DNA of 64,000 bases from Kiritimatiellia bacterium. Lineage in GTDB: Bacteria; Verrucomicrobiota; Kiritimatiellia; SS1-B-03-39; UBA6053. The position numbers and the translations under genes are program-made. Below, in pieces: positions 7,832 through 17,154 of the stretch. The first letter of the stretch is position 1; every line of letters starts with the position of its first letter. The DNA lies in the NCBI GenBank assembly GCA_046346795.1, contig JAXMHJ010000019.1, positions 1,305 to 65,304 on the forward strand, written 5' to 3'. Under the pieces are notes generated by a model. The model saw only the letters and a program-made list of their open reading frames with translations, made no database searches and was not told the DNA's origin.

Positions 7832-10800
7832 ATGATTCCGCCGCGGACATCGCATCTTCCGGTGTTTTTAGCCTTGTGTTTTCCGGCCCTGGCCCCGGTC
7901 GCGGAAGCGGCGGGTCTCCAGCTCGCGTTGAACGCCGGGTCGCGCGGCGGCGCGCTCGAGGTCCCGTCCTGCGCAGGATTCCAATTCTCCTGGTCCGCCG
8001 AGGTTGAGATGCGGGGGGAGGCCGTGCCGCTCTCGTCCTCCGATGCCGGGGCGACGGTCGTGGGGGAGGGTGTGTTGCGCTTTCCGGGACGACCGGTGGA
8101 GCTTTTGTTCCGCGGCGAAGCGCTGGCGGGCGCCGACGGCGTCGTGCTTCAGGTCGGGATTCGCAACACGGGGGACGAGGCGGTGCGGCTTCGTTTGCTC
8201 ACGCCGCTGCAAGGGCGCTTCCGCCCGCGCGGGGATCCGCGGGCCTGGCTGATCACCGCGCTCGACAAACCCATCCCGGAGCAGCCGGGGCGGGTGTGGG
8301 ACCTGCCGGGATCCAATCAGACGATCCGGGTGAGCGAATGCGGCGGACTGTACCGCCGGGACGGGCAGGGGATGCTCGTCGGGCCCGCCGGGGATCCCGC
8401 GGCGTTTGTGGAACTCCGGATCTCCGGCGGGGCGGACGGGGAGGTGTTGCTCCGCGCGGACTCCTTGATGGACGGCGTGTCGGTGGACCCGGGCGAAACC
8501 CGCTGGGGGCAGAAGGTGATGCTCCTTGCCGGGGCCCCGGCGCCGGCGATCCGCCGCTGGGTGGACGAGATCGCGAAGACGCACGGGGCGCGCACGGGCC
8601 GCGGGGCGCTGACGGGCTGGTCGAGCTGGAACTTCCTGGCGCGCGAGGTCAGCGGCAAGGACATCCTCGCGCTGCTGGCCGAGGCCGGCCGGTCGCCTCC
8701 GTCGTTGCGCCCGCGGGTGGTGCAGTTGGACGACGGGTACCAGGACATGGAGGGGAGCTGGAACGCCAACGCGAAATTTCCCGAAGGGTTGCCCTTCTAC
8801 GCGGAGAAAATCGCCGCGGTGGGCGCCCGCCCGGGGATCTGGATCGCGCCGCTGCAGGTGAACGCCAACACGGAGTGGGCGAAGGACCCGCGGAACCTGG
8901 AGGCGGTCCAGGGCGGCCGGTTTGACTGGCCGTCCGCCAGCCAGCCCGCCGGCTTCGGCCTCCTCGACCCCACCCATCCCCGGGCCCGCGAGCATATCGC
9001 CTCGTGTTTCCGCAAGCTGCGCGAGCAGGGTTTTTCGTACTTCAAAATCCACGGGGATATTGACACGACGGTCTGGTCGAACCGCAAATGGACCGCCTTG
9101 GAGGTGATGCGGGATTACTTCCGGAACATCCGCGCGGCGGCGGGGGAGGACGCCTTCATCACCGCCTATGGCCGGATGCCCAACCGCGCCCTGGTGGGAC
9201 TGGTGGACGCGTGCCGCCCGGGGGACGGGGTGACGCGAGATCAGCTCCGTCCCGCGTTTGACGCTTCGCTGGGGGTGCTCCATCTCAACGGACACTGGTT
9301 TGCCGTCGACAACGACAGCATCTTCATGGGCACCGACATCGCGAACGTCAGCCGGATCGAAGGCGGCTGGCCGCTGGTGCGGACATGGCTCAGCCTGGTC
9401 GGCCTGTCCGGCGGTTCCGCGATCACCTCCGACCCTTGGTATCAGGAGGGCTTCCGCGACTACCGGCGCAACCTCGAAGTGCTCACGCCCCCCGCGCGCG
9501 AGGCGGCGGAGGTCCTGGATCTGTGCCGGGACCGGGAATGGACCCGGTTGATCCGGCACGTGGCTCGGCCGTGGGGCCGGATGACGGTGGCGCTGTTGTG
9601 GAACCCCGGGTCGACCGAGCGGACCGTGCACCTGGATTTCGCCGCAGCGGGACTCGACCCCGCCTCGCGTTACGCGGTCTGGTCCTTCTGGGACAACCGG
9701 TATCTCGGCGTGGTGGAGGGCGGTTGGACCACGCCGCCGCTCGCCCCGGGCGCCTCCCAGCACGTCCGGTTCACGCCGCTCGCCGCCGTGGAGTCCCGTC
9801 CGGTGCTGGTCGGCTCCAATCTGCACATCCATTGCGGAGCGGAGGAGGTGCGCCGGGTCAACAGTCTGCAGGGCGCGATGGAAATCGAACTGGGCGGCGA
9901 GGGCGCGCGCGACGGCGACCTGTTCGTGTACAGCCGTCTACGCCCCGAGCTGAAGGCGGCGGAGGGCTGCCGGGCCGCGCTCGCCGCGGCCGGGGAATAT
10001 GTGTGGCGGATCCGGCTGGAGGGCCGCGATCTCGAGAAGGCGCAGCGGGTGGAGCTGGCCTTTCTGGTTCCGGTCACCCGCCAGCCCTGGTTCTGGGTGC
10101 TGTGCGCGCTGCTTCTGCTGGCGCTCGCGGCCGGGGCGCGGCGCTACGCCGCGTGGCGGCGGCTGCGATTTGAAAACGAGGTGCTTCAGCAGCGCCAGGA
10201 ATTGTCCGCCGAGCGGGCGCGCCTGGCGCAGGACCTGCACGACGACCTGGGCGCGAGCCTCTCCCAGATCGGCCTGATGACCGAGCAGGTGGAGCGCGCG
10301 CTCGCCTCGCCCGAGCAGGCGCGGCGGGAGCTGGACCGGATGTACACGGTCACCCGGAACATCGCCCGCCAGCTCGACACCATGGTCTGGGTGGTGGACC
10401 CCGCGAACGACACGCTCGACAAGTTCATCAACTACCTGCACGGCCACGCGGCGGAGTATCTGGCGCTCGCCGGCATCCGGATGGATTTCGCCTGCGCGTC
10501 CGACCCGCCGCACACGGACCTGCCCGCGAAAACCCGCCATCATCTGCTCATGGCGGCCAAGGAGGCGCTGCACAACGTGGTCCAGCATTCCGGCGCGGCG
10601 CGTGTGAGTCTGCGCATCCGGTTGCGGGGATCCGACCTGGTGATGGAGCTGGAGGACGATGGCAACGGACTGCCGGCGGGGGGCGCGCCCACCTCCGGGA
10701 ACGGCCTGGCCAACATGCGCAAGCGCATGATCGAACTGGGCGGCGTCTTCGAACTGCGTTCACCGGCCGGAGCCGGGAAAGGGACGCTCGTGAGATTGAC

Positions 10801-10840
10801 AGTCCCGCTGGGGTCCGTGGTACAGGGTGCGCCCGCATGA
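7832..10840 (+). CDS. Sensor histidine kinase (HisKA_3 + HATPase_c) with a ~690-aa extracytoplasmic clan GH-D (alpha-galactosidase-like) domain
   Basis: 1002 aa. The layout is:
- a signal peptide (HLPVFLALCFPALAPVAEA)
- TIM-barrel-like motifs (GWSSWNF...VVQLDDGYQ...FPEGLPFYAEKIAAVGARPGIWIAPL)
- a TM segment (WFWVLCALLLLALAAGA) near 10085-10135
- an H-box (LAQDLHDDLGASL)
- N and G boxes (EALHNVVQHS; DDGNGL; GNGLANMRKR). Confidence 0.8.
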   Translation: MIPPRTSHLPVFLALCFPALAPVAEAAGLQLALNAGSRGGALEVPSCAGFQFSWSAEVEMRGEAVPLSSSDAGATVVGEGVLRFPGRPVELLFRGEALAGADGVVLQVGIRNTGDEAVRLRLLTPLQGRFRPRGDPRAWLITALDKPIPEQPGRVWDLPGSNQTIRVSECGGLYRRDGQGMLVGPAGDPAAFVELRISGGADGEVLLRADSLMDGVSVDPGETRWGQKVMLLAGAPAPAIRRWVDEIAKTHGARTGRGALTGWSSWNFLAREVSGKDILALLAEAGRSPPSLRPRVVQLDDGYQDMEGSWNANAKFPEGLPFYAEKIAAVGARPGIWIAPLQVNANTEWAKDPRNLEAVQGGRFDWPSASQPAGFGLLDPTHPRAREHIASCFRKLREQGFSYFKIHGDIDTTVWSNRKWTALEVMRDYFRNIRAAAGEDAFITAYGRMPNRALVGLVDACRPGDGVTRDQLRPAFDASLGVLHLNGHWFAVDNDSIFMGTDIANVSRIEGGWPLVRTWLSLVGLSGGSAITSDPWYQEGFRDYRRNLEVLTPPAREAAEVLDLCRDREWTRLIRHVARPWGRMTVALLWNPGSTERTVHLDFAAAGLDPASRYAVWSFWDNRYLGVVEGGWTTPPLAPGASQHVRFTPLAAVESRPVLVGSNLHIHCGAEEVRRVNSLQGAMEIELGGEGARDGDLFVYSRLRPELKAAEGCRAALAAAGEYVWRIRLEGRDLEKAQRVELAFLVPVTRQPWFWVLCALLLLALAAGARRYAAWRRLRFENEVLQQRQELSAERARLAQDLHDDLGASLSQIGLMTEQVERALASPEQARRELDRMYTVTRNIARQLDTMVWVVDPANDTLDKFINYLHGHAAEYLALAGIRMDFACASDPPHTDLPAKTRHHLLMAAKEALHNVVQHSGAARVSLRIRLRGSDLVMELEDDGNGLPAGGAPTSGNGLANMRKRMIELGGVFELRSPAGAGKGTLVRLTVPLGSVVQGAPA

Positions 10841-11484
10841 CCTCCCAGACCCCCATCACCGTCGCCCTGGTCGAGGACAACCGGGAACTGCGCAACCAGC
10901 TTGCGGAGGCGTTGCGGGCCTATCCGGACATCCGGTGCGTGGCGGTGTGCGCGAACGGCGAGGCCGCCCTGTCGGAGATTCCCGCCGCCGCGCCCCAGGT
11001 GGTCTTCATGGACATCAACCTGCCGGGCATGGGGGGGGTGGAGTGCACCCGGGAACTGGTCCAGATCTGTCCCGGGGTGCTGGTCGTGATGCTCACCGTG
11101 TACGACAACGCGGAGGCGATCTTCGCCTCGCTGGAATCGGGGGCCTGCGGATACCTGCACAAGCCGGTCCGGGGGCGCGAGCTGGTCGACGCCGCGCGGG
11201 ATGTCGTGGCCGGCGGGTCCCCCATGTCCGCCAAAATCGCACGAATGGTCGTGCACGCCTTCCAGAAACCCGCGTCCCGCGACATCGTCTCTCCAACCCA
11301 TGCGGACCTCACCGCGAAGGAGAAGGCGGTCATGCAATGGCTGCAGGAGGGGTTCCTGTACAAGGAGATCGCGGAACGGATGGGCATCAGCGTCCACACC
11401 GTTCACTTCCATCTCCGGCACATCTACGAAAAGTTGCAGGTCCGGTCGCGTTCCCAGGCCGTCGCCAAATATACTAAAAAATAG
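10837..11484 (+). CDS. NarL/LuxR-family response regulator (REC + HTH_LuxR)
   Basis: 215 aa. The receiver domain has an acidic pocket (VEDN ... VVFMDINLPGMGG). The C-terminal LuxR HTH reads LTAKEKAVMQWLQEGFLYKEIAERMGISVHTVHFHLRHIYEKL. The start overlaps the kinase stop (ATGA at 10837-10840). Confidence 0.85.
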   Translation: MTSQTPITVALVEDNRELRNQLAEALRAYPDIRCVAVCANGEAALSEIPAAAPQVVFMDINLPGMGGVECTRELVQICPGVLVVMLTVYDNAEAIFASLESGACGYLHKPVRGRELVDAARDVVAGGSPMSAKIARMVVHAFQKPASRDIVSPTHADLTAKEKAVMQWLQEGFLYKEIAERMGISVHTVHFHLRHIYEKLQVRSRSQAVAKYTKK

Positions 11485-11513
11485 GCGACCTGCCCGTTTT
11501 GGCAGCTATCGGC

Positions 11514-11545
11514 GCGGCGTGCATTTGGCCTATTTTGCACGCCGC
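11514..11545 (+). promoter_or_regulatory. Perfect 10-bp stem / 12-nt loop hairpin between the regulator and the first PEP-CTERM gene
   Basis: gcggcgtgca (11514-11523) pairs with tgcacgccgc (11536-11545). No U-tract follows. The hairpin ends exactly at the ATG at 11546. That argues this ATG is not the start and that ATG 11591 is, since it has ggag 7 nt upstream. Confidence 0.5.
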
Positions 11546-11590
11546 ATGAAATCCCAACCTGACTCGACGCAACCACCGACGGAGCGCACG

Positions 11591-13315
11591 ATGCGTGGCT
11601 TCACCGCATGTTTTTCAGCATCTGCAGTCCTGGTGGCGTTCGCAGCGTCCGTCCAGGCGGCGGACTACACCTGGGGCGGCGGCACCGGCAACTGGTCTGA
11701 CGCCAACTGGAACCCGGGGCCCGTCTCCGGGCCGACCGCCGGATCCGACACGGCCACCATTAACACCGGCACCGTCTCCCTGAACGTCGGGGGCATGAAT
11801 GTCGGGTCGCTTACCCTCGGCACCGGCGGCACGTTCAACGCGTACAACTGGAACGGGGTCAACACCTACACGGGATACGGCAACCTGCTTTTGCAAGGGG
11901 GTGTCATCAACGGCATTGGCAACTACCACAATTGGGGCGCGGGAATCCTCGTGAACACGACCGTCTCCGGCTCGTCCGCTTCCACCCTCTCCGCCTCGTC
12001 GTTCTTCAATCTCAACGGAACCGGCGCCGGCAGTTCGGTGTTCACGGTGGCGGACGTGACCGGCGACGCGAATCCCGACCTCCATGTCACCGCGACCCTC
12101 AACGACGTTTCCGCGGATAACAGTTGGGTCGCCGCCGCGTTGGTGAAGGAAGGCCCGGGCACGATGAGACTCACCTCCGCCAACCTCTACACCGGCGGCA
12201 CCACCGTCAACCAGGGCGTGCTGCTGCTGGACGGAGGGAGCGGAGGATATGCCCGCATCAAGGAGGCGCTCACCGTCAACAGCGGCGCCAGCGTGACCTT
12301 CGCCAACGACGACGGCACCGGTCTGGGCTGGCAGGGTTTTTACAAAGTCACTGCGCTGACCATCAACGGCGGCACCGTCAGCAGCGACGGGGTCATGCAT
12401 GTCTGGGACTTTGCCGGCGGGCTCAATATGACCGGCGGCACCCTGCAAAGCAACCATGGCGTGAGTGACGCCGGCGGACCGCAGCTCGAATGGAACAAGG
12501 TGGATGTCACCACCCACGCCAGCGCGGACACCGCCACCATCGGCGGTCGCATCCGCCTCCGGGCCGACGGTGGATACACCGGCCTTTCGTTCAACGTGGC
12601 CGACGGCGCGGCCGCCGCCGACCTTCTGGTCAGCGCGGCGGTCACCGAGGCGTCCGGCGGTCTGGGCCTTGTCAAGAGCGGCGCGGGCACCCTGGTCCTC
12701 TCCGGCGCCAACTCCTACTCCGGCGCCACCACCATCAATGACGGGACCCTGCTGGTCAATGGCCACCACACCGGCGGCGGCCTGATCACCTTGTCCGCGA
12801 CCGCGACCTTCGGTGGCGGCGGACAGGCCGGGGATGTGGACGTCTGGACGGCCGGAACCCTGGCCCCCGGGGACCTGGAGCGGTCCGACAACTGGCTGCA
12901 GGTCGGTGCGCTGAGCCTGGGCGATCCCGGCGCGCAGTTGAATTTCGAGTTGGGTGCGCCCGACGACGGTGCCGCCCCGCTGGCGGTGAACGACCTGGTC
13001 CTCGCCGCCAGCCTGCCGTACCTGCGCGGCATCGTGAACGTGATTCCGCAGACCGGCTTCGCGTCCGCGCCCGCGGGCTCGAAGTGGCGGCTGATCGACC
13101 TGACCGCCGGAACCGTTCCGGCCGGAAGCGAGCTGACCCTGGCCCCCGCGCTCGCCGGCGGGTATTCGTTGCAGGCCGCGGAGGGCGACACCGCGGTCTA
13201 CCTGGTCGCGGTTCCGGAGGCCGGGACCGCCGGGCTCGTCGGGCTCGCACTGCTGATCCTGCGGCGCCTTCGCCGGGCGGGATCCATTGTCTTGGAGAAG
13301 GGGAGTATACCATGA
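11591..13315 (+). CDS. Autotransporter-associated beta-strand repeat protein with PEP-CTERM anchor (paralogue 1)
   Basis: It has a signal peptide (MRGFTACFSASAVLVAFAASVQAA) followed by ADYTWGGGTGNWSDANWNPGP. Repeats of the type G.GTL.LSGANSYSGATTINDGTLLVNG follow. The C-terminal VPEAGTAGLVGLALLILRRLRR is a PEP-CTERM-like sorting signal. An alternative start at 11546 is possible. Confidence 0.8.
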   Translation: MRGFTACFSASAVLVAFAASVQAADYTWGGGTGNWSDANWNPGPVSGPTAGSDTATINTGTVSLNVGGMNVGSLTLGTGGTFNAYNWNGVNTYTGYGNLLLQGGVINGIGNYHNWGAGILVNTTVSGSSASTLSASSFFNLNGTGAGSSVFTVADVTGDANPDLHVTATLNDVSADNSWVAAALVKEGPGTMRLTSANLYTGGTTVNQGVLLLDGGSGGYARIKEALTVNSGASVTFANDDGTGLGWQGFYKVTALTINGGTVSSDGVMHVWDFAGGLNMTGGTLQSNHGVSDAGGPQLEWNKVDVTTHASADTATIGGRIRLRADGGYTGLSFNVADGAAAADLLVSAAVTEASGGLGLVKSGAGTLVLSGANSYSGATTINDGTLLVNGHHTGGGLITLSATATFGGGGQAGDVDVWTAGTLAPGDLERSDNWLQVGALSLGDPGAQLNFELGAPDDGAAPLAVNDLVLAASLPYLRGIVNVIPQTGFASAPAGSKWRLIDLTAGTVPAGSELTLAPALAGGYSLQAAEGDTAVYLVAVPEAGTAGLVGLALLILRRLRRAGSIVLEKGSIP

Positions 13316-16300
13316 GCACCCGCACCGCCATCATTCAACACATCCGCCGGACGCTCCTGGGCCTGGCCACACTGGCCGCCGGGGCCCGTGCCGCCGACTA
13401 CACCTGGGGCGGCGGAACCGGCAACTGGAGCGACGGCAACTGGACCCCCGGTCCTGTTTCCGGCCCCACGGCCGGTTCGGACACCGCCACCATCAACACC
13501 GGCACCGTGAATTTGAACGTCGGGGGGATGAACGTAGGCACCCTGACCCTCGGCTCGGGCGGCACCTTCAACGCCTACAACTGGAACGGCACCAACACCT
13601 ATACCGGATACGGCAACCTGGTCCTGCAGGGGGGCGTCCTCAACGGCAGCGGCAATTATCACAACTGGGGCGCGGGCATCCTTGCGAACACGACCGTCTC
13701 CGGCTCGTCCGCGTCCACCATCTCCGCCTCGTCGTTCTTCAACCTCAATGGAACCGGCGGAAGCAGTTCGGTGTTCACGGTTGCGGATGTGACCGGGGAC
13801 GCGAATCCGGATTTGAATGTTTCCGCCCAACTCTGGGACGTTTCGGCGGATACGAGCTGGGTGGCCGCCGCGCTGGTGAAAGAAGGCCCGGGCACCATGA
13901 GGATCACCGGCTATACCGGCTACACCGGCGGCACGACCATCAATGGCGGCACCCTCGATGTGTCGGGCGCGAACAGCGGCTGGGGATTGCTGCGGGGCTC
14001 CGTCACGGTGAACTCCGCGGGAACCCTGGCCATCACCGGGGGCGACGGCACCGGCTTCGGCTGGAACAGCCCGGTCACCAGCCTCACCATCAATGGCGGC
14101 ACGGTGAACGCTTCCGGCGGCGCGCATATCGGGTTCGGATCCTATATGACCGTGGGATTGAGCAACGGGGGGACCATCGCGGGCAGTTGGCAGTGGAACG
14201 GCGACAGTCTGCTCGGATTCAGTTCCTCGGGCGACAGCCAGAACACCATCAACGGCTCGCTCACGCTTCGTTCCGACGCGGGGCCAACCACACCTTCAAT
14301 GTCGCCAATGGCGGCTGCCGTCGATCTGCAGGTGAACGCCAACCTGTCCGACCAGTGGCCGGAAGCCTGGTGGGTCCCCCGCTCCGGGCTGGTCAAAACC
14401 GGAGCCGGCACGATGGTCCTGGCCGGGAACAACTCCTTTGACGGCCAGACCTACATCCAGGAGGGCACGTTGATCGCCGCCAGCAGCACCGCCCTGGGCT
14501 CCGGCGGGCACGACGGCAACACCATGAGCTGGATTGACGGAGCGACCCTCGCCCTGCAGGGCGGCGTCAGCCTCGACGAGCATTTCCACGTCTGGGGCTC
14601 CGGCGTGGGCGGCCTGGGCGCCGTGCGCAGCATCAGCGGCAACAACGCCCTGACCAACGCCCCCGGCGGGGGCGGTGGCTACGCGCTTCGCTCCAACGTC
14701 ACCGTGGGCGTGGACGCCGACACCCTCACCATGAGCGGATTCTACAACGGGGACGGCGGATCCTATGGCATCACCAAGATCGGCGCCGGGACCCTCGCCC
14801 TCACCGCGATCAGCGGTCACACCGGCGGAACGACGGTGAACGAGGAAACCTGCGGCTGGCCGCCTACGGCGGCTTCGGCCGGGTGGGCGGCGTGCTCACG
14901 GTCAACGCCGGCGCCACGCTGGAAACGACCGGCGACGGCACCGGCCTGGGGTACTGGGACCAGTTGACCACCCTGAACCTCAATGGCGCGACGGCCACCA
15001 GCACGGGCGCCATGCACATCTGGAACCTGACCGGTGGCATCAACATGACGGGCGCGATCCTGCAGAGCAACAATGGTGTTTCCGACGCCGCGTGGTTCGC
15101 AACTGGAATGGAACCGTTCCAATGTGAACGTGCTGGGCAGCGCTTCGACCTCCACCATCGTGGTCGGCATCCGCATGCGCGGGGATTATGGCTTCACCGG
15201 CATCCTCTTCGATGTCGCCAACGGGGCCGCTGCCACCGATCTGGCCATCACCGCCGCCATCAACGAGGCCTCGGGCGGCCTTGGCATCACCAAGAACGGG
15301 CCGGGCACCCTGGTCCTCTCCGGCAACAACAGTTTCTCCGGCCCCACGACCATCAACAACGGCCTGGTCATTTCCCAGAACGGCACCGGCATTCCCGACC
15401 TGTCCACGGTCGTCATGGCCGACTCCGCCACCGCCGCCCTCCAGATCACCCAGTCCGAGCAGGTCGGCCTGCTCTCCGGCGGCGGCGCCTCGGGCGGCAA
15501 CATCTCCGTCGCCTCCGGCTCCACCCTCAGCACCGGCGAAAACGGCGGCTCGGCCTCCTATGACGGCGTCCTCTCCGGCACCAACGTCTCCCTCCGCAAG
15601 CGCGGCGGCGGCACCCAGACCCTCACCGGCAACAACACCTTCTCCGGCGGCGTCGAGATCGCCGGCGGCACTCTCGCCGTGAGCTCCATCACCACCTCCG
15701 GCGTCGCCCAGCCCCTGGGCATGGGCTCCGGCCCCATCCTCTTTTCCGGCGCGGCCGGGCTGTCCATCACCGGGGTCGGGTCGTACACCAGCAGCCGCGG
15801 GCTGATCCTGGCCGACAACGCCAACACCCTCGGCGTCGCCGGTACGCTGACCCTCACCGGAACAATCACCGGGGGCGGCTCCTCCGGCAGCCTGACCAAG
15901 GCCGGGGCGGGCACCTTCAACCAGGCCGGCGCCGGGAGCTGGAACGGCAACGTCTTCATCACCCAGGGGACCTACAACGTCACCTCCACCGGCAGCATCG
16001 ACAACGCCGGGGTGGTCCAGCTCACCGGCGGGTCGACCTTCAACATCGACAGCGCCACCCAGGTGCGCGCCTCGGCGCTCCAGATCGACTCCGGCACCGT
16101 CAACCTCAACGCCGGCACCCTGCGCACCAACGGCATCAGCATGGCTTCGGGCACGGCGTTCAACTGGAGCGCGGGCACGCTGACCATGCAGACCGACGCC
16201 TCCGGCAACGCCGGGGTGACCGACCGGCGCGCGCCGGGCAGCTCGCTGAGCGCGCAGCCGGTGTACGAGGGGCGGATCATCGACGTCACCGGGGCCGCCG

Positions 16301-16788
16301 CAGGCATCACCGTGCCCAACGGCGGCGTGCTGGACCTCGGCCCCACCTACGGCAGCTACGGCATGCGCTACGACCAGCTCAAGATCGCCGGCTCGCTCAA
16401 CCTCTCCTCCGCCGGCAACACGCTGAACTTCGAGTTCAACCCCTTCTTCTTCCGCCCGAGCGTCTACGGCACCGACGGCGCGGGCACGCTGATCCTGGTG
16501 GACGCCGACAGCTTCACCGGGACGTTCGAGAACTTCACCGGCGTGCAGACCGACTTCATCGGCTTCACCGCCGCCCCCGGCAGCGGATCGGTGGTGGGCG
16601 TGCTGGGCACCTCGACGATCAACCCGCTGACCGACATCCCGGCGAACACCTACTACCTGGAGTACGAGACCGACACCGGCAACGTGCTCTTCCACTACCG
16701 CCTGACCGCGACCATCCCCGAGCCCGCCTCCGCCGGGCTGATGGTCGCCGGCACCCTGCTCCTGCGCGCCCTGCGCCGGCGCCGGTAA
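13312..16788 (+). pseudogene. Autotransporter-associated beta-strand repeat / PEP-CTERM protein (paralogue 2), with two frame breaks
   Basis: The start ATG at 13312 overlaps the stop of paralogue 1 (ATGA). The reading runs in ORF 13084..14967, then ORF 14883..15563, then ORF 15073..16788. Alignment to paralogue 3 places the frame breaks near 14845 (gaggaaacc where gagggaaacc is expected) and near 15090-15094. It ends with an intact PEP-CTERM signal (IPEPASAGLMVAGTLLLRALRRRR). Confidence 0.75.
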
Positions 16789-17154
16789 ACTCCGGATCGA
16801 TTTTCCCGCCTTCGAGACCGGGTCTGGAACCGCCGGGCCGGCCGCTCTGGCAGCCAGTTGAAAACTCCCGCGGCTCGCGCGACCATTCCGACAGGCTGCT
16901 CGGAGCCCTCCTCTCGGGTGCCTTGGGCCGTCGCCGCGCTTGAGCTGCTTCTTTGTGCCACGGCTCCCCGCCGCATTCATGCACTTCCCCGGCATTGCCG
17001 CCGAGGGACGGGACCGGAGGAAAACATAAATTATTTATCGCCATGTTGCAAAAACGGGGCGTCCTTCCGCAATTCTCACCGGCTGTGTATTCAGTTCTTT
17101 CGACACCAAGAATCCGTAATGAAAACGGACAACTGTAAAGGGGAGACCGCGACC

